Assembly (NCBI GenBank): GCA_051530055.1
Contig: CM121341.1
Coordinates: forward strand, 13,804,784 to 13,868,783
DNA: 64,000 bases
Direction: 5' to 3'
Origin: Neoechinorhynchus agilis
Lineage: Eukaryota > Animalia > Acanthocephala
The translations under genes and the position numbers were made by a program. Of this stretch, positions 9,667 through 22,387 are shown piece by piece (the first letter of the stretch is position 1; every line of letters starts with the position of its first letter). The notes below the pieces were generated by a model. The model was given only the letters and a program-made list of their open reading frames with translations, had not been told where the DNA came from and made no database searches.

Positions 9667-12040
9667 GATTGGATTTACTTTAATAAAATGTACAATTATT
9701 TGGAGTCTTAATAGAAGAAAAATCTCCATTTGAAATAAGCAAAAGATATGATTGTCTTTTTAAAATAGATCAATAGACCACAGGTCAAACTGGTGATTGG
9801 ATTTACTTTAATAAAATGTAAAATTATTTGGAGTCTTAATAGAAGAAAAATCTCCATTTGAAAAAACGAAAGAAATGATTGCCTTTTTAAAATATATCAT
9901 GAAGGATTTGATCGTCTTTTTAAAATAGATCATTTAGTAAATCAGAGCCTCAGCTTATACCACAGGTCTGACTGGTGATTGCATTTACTTTAATAAAATG
10001 TACAATTTTTTGGAGTCTTATTAGAAGAAAAATCCCCATTTGAAATAAGCGAAAGATATGATTGTCTTTTTAAAATAGATCATTCAGCCAATGAACGCCT
10101 GCGCGTAGACCACAGGTCTGACTGGTGATTGGATTTACTTTAATAAGATTTACAATTATTTGGAGTCTTAATGGAAGAAAAATCTACATTTTAAATAAAC
10201 GAAAGATATGATCGTCTTTTTAAAATAGATAATTCAGCCAATCAGCTCCTCGGCGTAGACCCCAGGTCTGACTGGTGATTGGATTTACTTTAATAAAATG
10301 TACAATTATTTGGAGTCCTAATAGAAGAAAAATCTACATTTGAAATAAGCGAAAGATATGATTGTCTTTTTAAAATAGATTATTCATCCATTCAGCACCT
10401 GCGCGTAGACCACAGGTCTGACTGGTGATTGGATTTACTTTAATAAAACGTACAATTATTTGGAGTCTTAATAGAAGAAAAATCCCCATTTGAAATAAGC
10501 GAAAGATAATATCGTCTTTTTAAAATAGATCATTCAGCCAATCAGCGCCTCAGCATGGAACACAGGTCCGAATCATGATTGGGTTTACTTTAATAAAACG
10601 TACAATTATTTGGAGTCTTAATAGAAGAAAAATCTCCGTTTGAAATAAGCGAAAGATATGATTGTCTCGTTAAAATAGATCACTCAACCAATCAGCGCCT
10701 CAGCATAGAGCACAGGTCCGACTCATGATTGAATTTACTTTAACAAAACGTACAATTATTTGGAGTCTTAATAGAAGAAAAATATCCATTTTAAATAAGT
10801 GAAAGATATGATTGTCTTTTTTAAATAGATCTTTCAGTTAATCAGCGCCTCTGCGTAGACCACAGGTCAGACTGGTGATTGGATTTACTTTAATAAAACG
10901 TACAATTATTTGGAGTTTTAATAGAAGAAAAATCTCAATTTGAAAAAAGCGAAACATCTGATTGTCTTTTTAAAATGATCATTCAGCTAATCAGCGCCTC
11001 CGTGTCGACTACAGGTCTGACTGGATATTTTATTAACTTCAATAGAACGTACAATTATTCGGAGTCTTAATAGAAGAAAAATCTCAATTTGAAATAAGCA
11101 AAAGATATGATTGTCTTTTTAAAATAGATCAATAGACCACAGGTCCAACTGGTGATTGGATTTACTTTAATAAAATGTACAATTATTTGGAGTCTTAATA
11201 GAAGAAAAATCTCCATTTGAAAAAACAAAAGATATGATTGTCTTTTTAAAATAGATCATGAAAGATATGACCGTCTTTTTAAAATAGATCATTTAGCGAA
11301 TCAGAGCCTCAGCTTATACCACAGGTCTGACTGGTGAGTGCATTTACTTTAATAAAATGTACAATTTTTTGGAGTCTTATTAGAAGAAAAATCCCCATTT
11401 GAAATAAGCGAAAGATATGATCGTCTTTTTAAAATAGATCATTCAGCCAATCAGCGCCTGCGCGTAGACCACAGGTCTGACTGGTGATTGGATTTACTTT
11501 AATAAAATTTACAATTATTTGGAGTCTTAATGGAAGAAAAATCTACATTTTAAATAAGCGAAAGATATGATCGTCTTTTTAAAATAGATAATTCAGCCAA
11601 TCAGCTCCTCGGCGTAGACCACAGGTCTGACTGGTGATTGGATTTACTTTAATAAAATGTACAATTATTTGGAGTCCTAATAGAAGAATAATCTCCATTT
11701 GAAAAAAACGAAAGATATGATTGTCTTTTTAAAATAGATCATGAAAGATATGATCGTCTTTTTAAAATAGATCATTAAGCGAATCAGCGCCTCCACGTAT
11801 ACCACAGGTCTGACTGGTGATTGGGTTTACTTTAATAAAACGTACAATTATTTGGAGTCTTAATAGAAGAAAAATCCCCATTTGAAATAAGCCAAAGATA
11901 TGATTGTCTTTTTAAAATAGATCATTCATCCAATCAGCACCTGCGCGTAGACCACAGCTCTGACTGGTGATCGGATTTACTTTAATAAAACGTACAATTA
12001 TTTGGAGTCTTAATAGAAGAAAAATCTCCATTTTAAATAA
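9667..12040. repeat. 150-bp satellite array, right block (about 16 monomers) with higher-order repeat
   Basis: Same monomer. Diagnostic variants recur at 1359-bp spacing (tagatcaatagacc at 9766 and 11125; cagcttatac at 9951 and 11310). Confidence 0.97.
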
Positions 12041-12800
12041 GTGGGGATTTAATAAAAAAATATTTAGTATATCACTTAGATAAAATCAAGACATCGGCGT
12101 GAACGCTAGTTCTGACTGCTGATTGCCCTGTTTGTTTATTCAGGAAATTAACGAACCAAAATAATTCCAACTACGTAGAAGAACGCGATTGCGACATCAT
12201 TTGCGAGTTGCACGTGAATTAACCCCTTTCCTATTACGTCAAGGGGTAATCGAATATCTGCTCCGTCCATCTAATGACTCTCGAAAGAATTGAGTATAAA
12301 GGAGTGGTGAAAAATGGTCAAAGCATTCCAGAAAATATTGGATCAATCAGCGTTGAATTCAAAAGGAAAAGTACTTTACTGGCTTTAAGCGAACTGATGT
12401 CGACTTTATGGACCATGTGAAGCGCCTATTTCAACGACACAAATGATTTCATTCACTGATCCGCTGCGATTAAAATATCGACGGTTTGTAAATCGTATGA
12501 TGCGATGGTGAATTTAATTTCTGGACCATGACGGATTGCTTGGAATATTATAGTGGATTAAAAATATTGAAAAAATTCCCATAAAATTACGTTTGGAGCA
12601 ATGATTTTTACGTTTAATATAATCCTTTGCTAATTCTTTGTAGAAGTTTTAATCTTTCAGGAATTTTCTAATACTTAACTAATAATAACAATGCAGAATA
12701 GTTCGTTTTAGTCGTTCTTTAGCATAAATGCTCACTTGAAGACAAACTGGTCAATAGTGAAAGCATTTGTGATTCGTGTTTTTCTTCTTCTAACATTAAC

Positions 12801-15800
12801 TTGCATGAGTGGTTTATGCGAATTGAGATGTCGTATCTCTCTTCTGAATCATTTCTTTGTGTTCAAGACTCGATGAATTCTCTAAATGAAGAGGAGTGCC
12901 GTACACTTGATCAACAATTCAACGACATGTTCTGGCCAGCTTGTCTTGGCGAGAATTCGGACCCTCTTACAAAGATCGTTGAAGGGTGGCACCTCAAAGC
13001 CGTAGAACACCGTATAATAAAGCAATTCAAAATTATGGCAATCAAAGCGAGTCAATCGAATGAACAGAATTTGATAGTGATCGATAATGTTTTGTATACG
13101 TGGTCTCCGTTCCTGATACAACCGATTCGATGTAGTGGCGTTGAGGATCGTGTGCCGGTAGCCAGCATAGTTGCTTCAAGTGGACGGACTCGATCTAAAA
13201 CCGATCTAAATGTGGTCGTGTACACACCAAACGGTGTTCATTTGGATCTATCCGTTCCGCTATGTGTATCAATTGAACATTTGACACTTCACTGCCTAGT
13301 CAATGGACTGTCTTCGCAAAATATCCCAAGTCTAGACCGCGTTCTTCTCCTTCTTCGGCACCAAAAGCAAGTGCTTCCAAGAGAAGCAATCTTAAACGAA
13401 CTCAGAATAGTCCATACTTGCATCCGCGTGGGACAAACGCTAATGTTGAGACTTCAAGTATTTGATCACCCTGTGCCTCAGTTAAGAGAATTTTGTTCGG
13501 TGAACTTTAACCGGAGCAACATACACTTCACTTCACCAGCCTGCAAGCGGGAATTGCCCGAAGCATGCAATGTCATAATAGATTGCGTCAAAGATGAACT
13601 TAGAAAACTTTCAAATATAGCAACGGTTTTTAAAACATCGCTTAATCTTACTCAAAAACCGTTGGTCCAAGCTGAAATCTATAAACATGACTGAGAAGTA
13701 CCTGTCCGATGAAGAAGTAAGTGTATTACGCAAATCTCTTGTAAGATTCACGCAGCTCTACAATAACCTGCTGCATTGTATCGGTGGATTCTCTACTTCC
13801 GACTATCAATCAGCTCTGAGCAACATACGGTTCACTTATCTTCGGTTGACATCCGCGGAGAAACGTAAGACCCAGCAAGTTCCAACATCCACCGTTCATG
13901 TGGTCGTTAATGCAATTCAGAAGAGCATTTATGCACTCAGTGAGTTTTTAAATACAGCATTTGACTCGTTATATATACCATGGCTCAGTGTAATTCCCCG
14001 AGAGCAAAACATTGAACGTCCAGTCAATATAATTCCAATCACCGAATGCCGTGGTCATCTAAGCATTTACGTCGATTGCGTGTTTTATACCAGGCTCAAA
14101 CCATGCAAGGACGACTATTATGTGAGTGTTGGAGTGTACTATTGCGGAAAACCCATTTGTAAACGTAGACGCACTTGTGCGGCTAAATTTGAAGAAGATG
14201 TTTCAACTGTGCCCGAGAAATACATCCAATTTGACGATCGATTACAACCTTCAACGTAAAAGAGTGTGGAGGGCATAACACAAGCGAATTAAGAATACTA
14301 TTTCAGCTTGGATTAAGTCCATAGTTTTTAGGTATACTACTTAGTCGACCGTTCTTTCAATTTATTATTTTCGGATTGATTTTATCGGACCACACTGAGC
14401 TAGGGATGCGAATTTCTTTTCTTACCCACAATTAGTCCTTTTTTTCATATTTCCGTTGAAGCCATAGAGTTCCATGATATCAACGCATGCGTGTTACCTC
14501 GGGAAACAATAATAATGTTTGAACTCAAAAGAAGATTCACAAATCAAGCGTCAGCTGCGCCAAATGCTGGAGCCAAAACATCAATTCCAACCGTTGCCGA
14601 AGAATCGCTCGGATGGGTCAGTACTAGCCTGTTCAACGAGGACGATTTACAGGTTAATAGTAAAGAACGGTTACTCAATATGTTACCAATGAACTTCCAT
14701 AGACTTACAAGCGGAAACTACAGCAATATTTTCGACACAGCATGTCCGGTCATGAACGTAAAAATCTCCATTGGTTCAACTGAGGACACGGTTATATTTC
14801 CTAAGGTTAATGAACGAGATAACATCATGATTATGAAGTTCGTCGATTTAAATCAAGCCACAAAACTTGAACTATGGAAGATTTTGAGAAAATGCAACTT
14901 TACAAAACTATCAGACGATGAGCATAATCTTCTTTGGGAGAAACGACATTACCTTACGGAATTCCCTGGGGCGCTTCCAAAAGTACTGACTTCTATTACT
15001 CATTGGGATTGCTTGTCTATTCACGACACATATCGTCTACTACACGAGTGGTGCCAATTGTCCATAAGCGAGGCTATCCAACTTCTTCTCCCGCAGTGTT
15101 CTGACTCATTCGCCCGTTCTATAGCCGTCCAGACTCTGAAAACATCTCCAATTGATAACACTGAGCTGATATTACCCCAGCTTCTTAGAGCTTGGGCTTT
15201 TGATTTCAGTCTATGTTCCCCCCTCGTTGAACTCTTGTTGTACTGTGCTAGACGATCACCAGGATTTGCACACTCCCTCTACTGGCAACTAAGACATATT
15301 CTCTCAACAAACGATGCCGCCAATTTCAGGTACCTTTTATTGGCACAAGCTCTGTTCGTTGTGTGCCCTCGAGAAGTTACTGACCTCTTCAACAAACAAA
15401 CGCTTCTTATCGACCGGCTGGACTTCATATCTAATAAAATTCGAACGAACAGGGCGTGTCTTAATGATCAGCTTACTCTGCTCAACTCCGATTTGACAAC
15501 ATCGTTACGAGGGACTCGTCTTCCCTTAGAATTGACCGTTGCCATCGATGGATTGGACAATACTCAATGTCACGTTTTTAGTTCTCTTCGTGCGCCCCTT
15601 AAACTCGCCTTCATTTCCACAAGTCCTGATGCCACCAAGGACGATCCAACTGCCATAGCTACGTTCAGTGCAATCTACAAAACGGGTGACGATATAACAC
15701 AGGACATTGTAACACTTCAACTGATCGCTGTAATGGATCAAATATGGCAAAACAGCGGTCTAGATTTGGGTCTTTTGATATTTAAGTGTTTACAGACTGG

Positions 15801-17644
15801 GAGTAAACGCGGTCTTGTGGAAATCGTAGGCGAGAGTGAAACTTTAAGGGAAATTCATATTCGACACGGATTAACTGGCTCTTTTCGGGAATGTGCCATA
15901 AAAAAGCGAATAATTTAGAGGTTTGAAATTTTTGTTAGTTTTGTGCGATTTTCGGAAAATCTAGAGATTCCTTGAAGCGTGACTAACAAGGGGCATTTTC
16001 GCCAAAGCCAGCGGATTAAAACCTAGACAGGTGTATGCTTTCAATATTCGTGGCGTTTGTCTGGATACTAGATCATTTGACTCAAAGCCCATCTTTGAAA
16101 TTAAAGCTTTTTGTCAACTCACTTATCCGCTTTGACTAGATGAATGGCTTATATCGCACAATTCAACTGAATCCGATTACAAATCGGCTGTTCAAAATTT
16201 TACTCTCTCTTGCGCTGCTTACTGTGTGGCTACGTTTATTCTTGGAATCGGCGATCGACACAATGACAACATAATGGTCCGCCGAAGCGGTCACTTGTTC
16301 CACATTGACTTTGGCAAGTACTTAGGGGACACCGAGAAGTTTGGAACTTTTAATCGAGACCGAACTGCATTTGTGTTCACGTCTGACATGGCATTTGTAA
16401 TCTACGAGAAGACGAGATCTTGTGTGAGGTACCAAGAATTCGTCGACCTCTGTTGTTTTGCTTTTAATAAGATCCGGCATGAAGCCAACGTACTTCTGAC
16501 GTTGTTGGTGATGTTTCAAGATCTAGGAGTGGCAGGCATCACTCCAATTGGTGTAGAGTACGTGAAGGATATCTTAAAACCAGATGAAACGGACGAAGAG
16601 GCCTCGTCTAGGTTCACGAATTTCCTCGGGAAGAGTCTTCAAAGTCGATGGACTCAGATTAACTTTTTTATTCATAACCTGGCTCAGGCAAAATCAAGCA
16701 GTCAGTCAACTATTGAAAAAAAGAAGAATTTAATGAAAGATGAGTATCCAATTCTTAAAGTAGAAGTTCCAAAATTTATTAAGCGAACTGAAAATCGGAT
16801 TAGAAGATACTATTTTGTATTTGAAGTAACTCGTGATCCCCATTCGCGATCACATAGTACCTATCGAACTTACGACGACTTAACTCGCTTTTGTATCCAG
16901 TTAAAAAACCGGTTTCCGATGATAAAACTCCCATATGTGCAATCAAAATCTCCCTTTGCACGAGACTCCAGCAGTATTAGCCGCCGAAGACTAACCAATG
17001 TCCGCGTCTTTGTTTCGGCACTGTTTGAGTGTCTTAATGAAGTTACCAAGTCTGAACTGGTCTATCAGTTTTTTCATAAAAATGAAAAAGACAAAACGGT
17101 GGAACGGACAGACAACTCATCTCATGAATTCTCATCAGACTCTGCAGAAATGACTGAGGACGATGAAGTCAGAGCGGAACTACTTAAACCTCAATTAAAA
17201 ATATCAATAAGCTATGCAAATGGAATTCTTTATGTACTTGTCCTTTACGCAAGGAATCTTTGCTCCGCTTCAAATTTTTCAACGTTTGTCAGAGCCTTTC
17301 TTAGACCTTGTCCTGGACTCAAATGCCCCATTCGTATGACAAAAATATCCAGTGCGAGTAGAAATCCATCATACCACGATCTCTTCATGTATTTACTCTC
17401 AGGACAGGAGGTTAAAAAACATCGGTTAGTCTTTAATCTGTGTCGCGCAACTGCCAATAACACAACGGATGAATTGAGCATTTACTCGAACGTTCATGTC
17501 TTACTGTACGGAGATATGTCTCTCGTGGATATTCCATTTGATGGATCATCAGTTACCGTCTGGGTCAATCTCACCGGCAAGCCAACGTTAGTCAATTCTC
17601 TCAAGGATACCGTCCATCGCACTTACGCCAGGCCTTCGGTGTGA
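12801..17644 (+). CDS. PIK3C2A: Class II phosphoinositide 3-kinase (RBD, C2, helical, kinase, PX, C-terminal C2); true start uncertain
   Basis: Kinase motifs YKTGDDITQD, GIGDRHNDN, HIDFG, RDRTAFVFT, FFIHNLAQ. PX region (YRTYDDLTRF...RFP) and terminal C2 (LYVLVLYARNL, NPSYHDLFMY). Inferred introns 13572-13620, about 14256-14435 and about 15900-16139. The symbol denotes the class II family, not a specific vertebrate paralogue. Confidence 0.9.
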
Positions 17645-17780
17645 GCTTAGTGTCAGCACTGTTTATACACATAAATAAGTCTCTCGTTTCTCAGTGAGTG
17701 TTCATTTTGAAACAGGTGGGTTTCGGATATATGTCACATACCTGAAAAGAATGAAGAGATTGCGAAATTACAAGGTAATA

Positions 17781-17920
17781 TTACTTAATAATCAATATTT
17801 TTCCGACAATTGACGGTCGAACCGACGCCGTTCGAAAAATGCACTAAAATAACCGAATTAATAGTGACTAAATCCTAAGGGAAAATGGAAGCCTTTCCCG
17901 TTTTTTGCTCCTCTCCGTGA
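17781..17920 (+). pseudogene. Decayed duplicate of the upstream region and signal-peptide start of the 24597 gene
   Basis: ttacttaataatcaatattt...ttgacggtcga...gtgactaaatcc...atggaagcctttcccg aligns with 24474-24640; stops after 11 codons. Confidence 0.7.
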
Positions 17921-18239
17921 CAATTAATGTTTTATGAACTCTCACTTGCATTCGTTTTTAACTTAATTGATTGTCCTGTCATTCGCAAGAACGCCCATGA
18001 AGCGTCTCGAGTTGAACTTCTTTTTGAAATATTGGTCTTTTGCACTCGCTTTGGAAACCCGTTCATTTTAAAATCCACCGACTCGGCGTTTCATTCATTT
18101 TTGGAATTCACATGTCAAGCAATTTTTGTGCGGATTTCAAATCTTCTAATCTAAAACGAATGTATACTAAAAGCAAAATACAATTCGCGTTATTTCAACT
18201 GCTGGGCAACAAGACTTTATAATCATTCAAGGCACCGCT

Positions 18240-20110
18240 CTGAATCACTATGTTTTCGTCCTAATGTAATCTTCCAAAAGACGGATACAGCGTCCCCCCG
18301 TTGCGCAGCCAAAAGTATGTCCCGTTTGTTATAAGCGAGATCATAACATCCACAATTTTCTTAAATTGTTCAATTCTATTATTCACACCATCCATTATGA
18401 CAAAACAAATGACCCAATTCCCAAGAAATTCATTAGAATCTCCAACCGTGACTTACCATGGACACTCGCTATCTTGAAACTTTTTCAAAAGCAATCATCT
18501 AAGGCCCAACGCAATAACTCTCCAGACTTTCCCCGTTTACTAATAGCTCTGACATATAAAATACTTGTCGCCCGCAAAAACTTTCATGCTTCCAAAATTC
18601 GTTCAGGTGGCTTCAACATGGTTGCAGGCTGTCAAGGACTCTCTTGGTCTACGCAACCCTGATCCCTACTCTAATTTGACCCCACTGGATTAAAACAGGT
18701 TCTAGATTCCATCAATCAGAACCCCTGCCCGAGCTCAATTTACAATCACTGCTCAACATCAGACACCACACAATCTTTCACGCCCACAACTAAAACTTCT
18801 GTCAACTCTCCGATACTCCCCTTAGTTTCGTAATATGAAGTCTTAAAACATCCCATGAAATTAAACCAAAATTCGTCCTCTCAATCCGAAATCCCAAACT
18901 GGACTCTTCGCTGCATCATCTTCGAACTAATAGCATATCTTACCCTTATTATAAATCGCAGCCTTTTGTATGACATCTACCGTTCATGCCTTAAAACTTC
19001 TAAAGTAATACTTATTCCGAAAAATGGATATCCGATTTCCACCGAATCACTCCGCCCATATCCATTCTATCCGCACTTTCAAAAATTATCGAAACATGGC
19101 CCAAATGTTCTGAAGCGGATGCCATACTTTGCATTTATGGCACGCTCCTACGAAACCTCGACAATAATCATTCCCACTTCACCCGTCTTATTCAACTGAA
19201 TTTATCGAAAGCATTCGACTCCGTGGGCCATTTACTACTCCTCCGGGCCTGTTCTGATTTCGGTCTACAATTGTGGCAGATCCACTGGCTGATCTCTTAT
19301 CGTCACGATCGCCAACAATACATTCACTGCCGGGCTATCTCCCCGATCAAAATATCCCTCATCAAAGAAGTACCTCAAGGTGCTGTCACCACTTCTTTTT
19401 AATATTTTCAAACGACCTCAAACCTCTCTCGCCTCTCACTCTAAACTTATCTTTTATACCGACGATCTTACTCTCATCCCTCAATCACCCTCCCACTTCT
19501 CCCTTCTTAACATCTAACGAAATCATCCACATCAAAGATTTCTGCAGTAATCACAAACTCCACCTGAATTTCTCTAAATGCTTTGAAATAATCCCTTCAT
19601 TCTCCCGCAGCCCCACATCCTACCACGAGCTTTCAAATGACATCCTACGAGTAACCTCCCTCAAAATTCTGGGTCTCCAATTTCAATCAAATCTGAAATG
19701 AAACCTGCGCATTACATTTTTCCCTTAAACGCAATACCTTTAAAATTTGTCTCTTTAAGCGCCTTCGACATTTAGGAATCCCTTCACCCGACCTCTATAA
19801 ATTTTACCTTTCCGTCTTCTGCAACCCATGCAAATCACAAGTGCGTCGCCTTGTAATGTTTCATAGAAGAGCATCTAAAATTTGATCAGTTGATTTTCCC
19901 CCCGCTCACCCAATGCCTTAATAGAATTTTCATCAAACAATCAATCGCCTCTCAACCTTACAATCGCAATTTTAACAACATTTGGTTCCCCTTTTTACAT
20001 GAGCACAACACTCGCAATCCAAATTGCTTTCATCCTCCTGCAAGTCGCACCTCCGTTCCCTTTTCCATACTGCCGAATCTTCTCGGATATCACAACTTGA
20101 AATGAACTTG
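18240..20110 (+). mobile_element. Heavily decayed LINE (CR1/L2-like RT), many stops and frameshifts
   Basis: Fragmented motifs across frames: KVILIPK, LRPISIL, LSKAFDSV, VPQG, YTDDLT, NFSKC, LKILGLQFQSNLK. Confidence 0.8.
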
Positions 20111-20939
20111 GGGAAAGCGCCAACCTCACAAACTCCTTGCAAACTATAACCACCAATTCCCACTCGAACGGACATACGCCGACCGAATCCGTAATATACT
20201 CAATAATCAACAATCGCATTCTTTGAGCAATTCTGAACTCCAGTGTTTATGAGAACCCAAAGGTACATGGGTCCAATTCTCGTTAAGTAACGAAAATAAA
20301 CGTGTTATAGTAGCAACAGAAAGATTTTATAAACATTCACACCACCGCTCTGGATTACTCAACTACCATCCGTGTGTAATGATCGAAATGAAGGATGCTG
20401 ATTTCCCCTTATATTTTGCAGGAGGAATTCTGCTGCCCTCGGATCCTCAGTGATTCATCTCAGTCGCTTGGACAATTGATTGATTAGGTCATGTGCCGCG
20501 GTATCTTCGACAATTTCCCTCCTTTTTCCAACACTGGTTAAACTTTTATTACATTAACGGCATCGATTAAAGTAGTCCAAATTGACAGATATCGCAAGAT
20601 ACTTAACCATTTAGAGAAAATCCTTCGATATCATAGAGTTGCAGATGTGATGATTATAATCCCACGGATATTCGCGAAGAAACCTCGTCATTAATTGTTT
20701 TAAGGTTTTATGTACATGTTTTATTCGGGAATATGATCACCGTTTGTTTGAAGATTGAACTGTTTTGTTATGGCAGAAAATAGAATCCAATATTTTGGCA
20801 CAATCTTGTGCCTTGGCGAATAAAATGCATTCAATTTTCCGTCCGCGTGTTTATGAGGACCAAAAGTTACATGGGTCTAATTTTTTAAACACAAAAATAA
20901 TAAAAGGTGTTATTAGTAGAATGCGCATTTGTTATAAAT

Positions 20940-21807
20940 AGAGGAATAATATTGTTTCGATTGCGGGCAAATCCATTGACTGTCAATGGAAAACAGCCTT
21001 ACGCACATCTTGGCAATGCTTTTCCTCGATGCCGTTTACCTACAATGAGGATTTGGAGGTCGATAACGTGGAGAAGAGCTTTAATTGTATGGATCCTACA
21101 GGAGGGATTCAGGTGTTGCGAGATAAACCATCGGATTTTCTGCCATTCCTAAATTTGGGTTTCAAAGTTAATCAGGTCACTGAGTTCAGTTGGTATCGCA
21201 AACCGTGCCGTAAAAAGGATAATTAAGCATCGAGATTCCCATCATCTTGGGGAATGAAACTAACAATTTTATGCTAGGATGCACAGGGCAGCACTGATTT
21301 GCTTATCGCCATTAACGGAGAAACGATTGGCGATAGAAATATTGAACGCAATTTTCACAGATTATGGATGTCTCTAACGATGCATAACGAATTCTTGGCC
21401 TCTTCAACGGCTATATTAAACTTCTACCATTTCTATAGACCACTTGCTTACTTCATAAAATGTTTTCGCGTTCGGCAAAATGTCTTGCCATTGCAAGACT
21501 GGCCCCAAAAGCATATTGGACTGTTCGATCAGCTCTGCTTATCGATTTAATGATACAACCAAACTTAGAAAAGAGCGTCCTTAAACCGGCATTCCGCAAT
21601 CCGGATATTCACATACCACCACCCGCAAAAGGTTTACGATACTTTCATTAAACAATATCAGGCGAAAATGCCACGCTTGTGGCTCAATGCATTTTGTATG
21701 CCGATCTATTGATGCTTCCCCTCATGTTCATCATTGCGATTTTTTTCTTAGTAACGCTCGCCTATGTTATTTATAGTGAGAAAACGTCAAGGGACGAGAG
21801 TGCTTAG
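20940..21807 (+). pseudogene. Possible orphan type I membrane protein gene, broken by frameshift and stop (pseudogene or sequence errors)
   Basis: Consecutive coding-like segments (21029, 21299, 21460 ORFs). After TAA 21649-21651 the same frame continues to a hydrophobic LLMLPLMFIIAIFFLVTLAYVIY and TAG at 21805-21807. Confidence 0.35.
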
Positions 21808-21946
21808 CAATTTCTCATAACGAGGCCACTTCGTTAAAACATTTTGGCGTAAGGTAGCCACCACACGCCGTTTACTGAACACCAAATGGTTTTTCTGAAA
21901 AATCCAGGTTTTATTTTTAAATATCTATGAATATAGTGAGCCATGT

Positions 21947-22387
21947 CTAAATATTACCAGGAAAAGGTCTAATTCCACAATTAGAAATTGAATCCACAGA
22001 CTGAACTCCAGTTATTTGTAACTGTCCATTGGAATCGAAGAATCCCTGGACCCGAAACATTTGCACAGTCTCTCTTCTGACCAAATAAACGTTGAATGAT
22101 AAAGGTAGGCTGTAATCTGGACTCATTGGAAGCGTTCCATCTATGAATATACGACAACCAGGTATCATTGCTTTCAGGATAATACTTAATCGTTCACTGA
22201 CCGACATTACGTTTAAATCATTCGTTGACAAATCCGGCAACTCACTGAAAACACCCAAATCTTTGATTTGATCCGCTGCCTGAGTGTCAAATGGCAAAGA
22301 CGCGATCAGAATCAACACGATAAAAAACACTCTAAGGTTCAAGTGCATATCGTTGAAGCATTTTTCGATTGGCGTAGGTTTTGTCAA
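21947..22387 (-). CDS. Orphan secreted protein, single exon
   Basis: 146-aa ORF with signal-like MHLNLRVFFIVLILIASLPFDTQA and two mature-region Cys (GCRI, SNCG). Confidence 0.6.
   Translation of the reverse strand: MTKPTPIEKCFNDMHLNLRVFFIVLILIASLPFDTQAADQIKDLGVFSELPDLSTNDLNVMSVSERLSIILKAMIPGCRIFIDGTLPMSPDYSLPLSFNVYLVRRETVQMFRVQGFFDSNGQLQITGVQSVDSISNCGIRPFPGNI

Noticed and set aside
12217-12252. piggyBac or Helitron terminus flanking the satellite (ttaacccc...ggggtaat hairpin)
   Set aside because: No matching partner end on the left of the array and no CTRR terminus.
13572-13694. Programmed +1 frameshift between the overlapping PI3K ORFs near TTTAAAA
   Set aside because: A 49-nt GT-AG intron (13572-13620) joins the frames cleanly.
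19995-20219. Second Penelope endonuclease fragment on the minus strand
   Set aside because: Resemblance is limited to a few residues and overlaps the LINE tail; not supportable.
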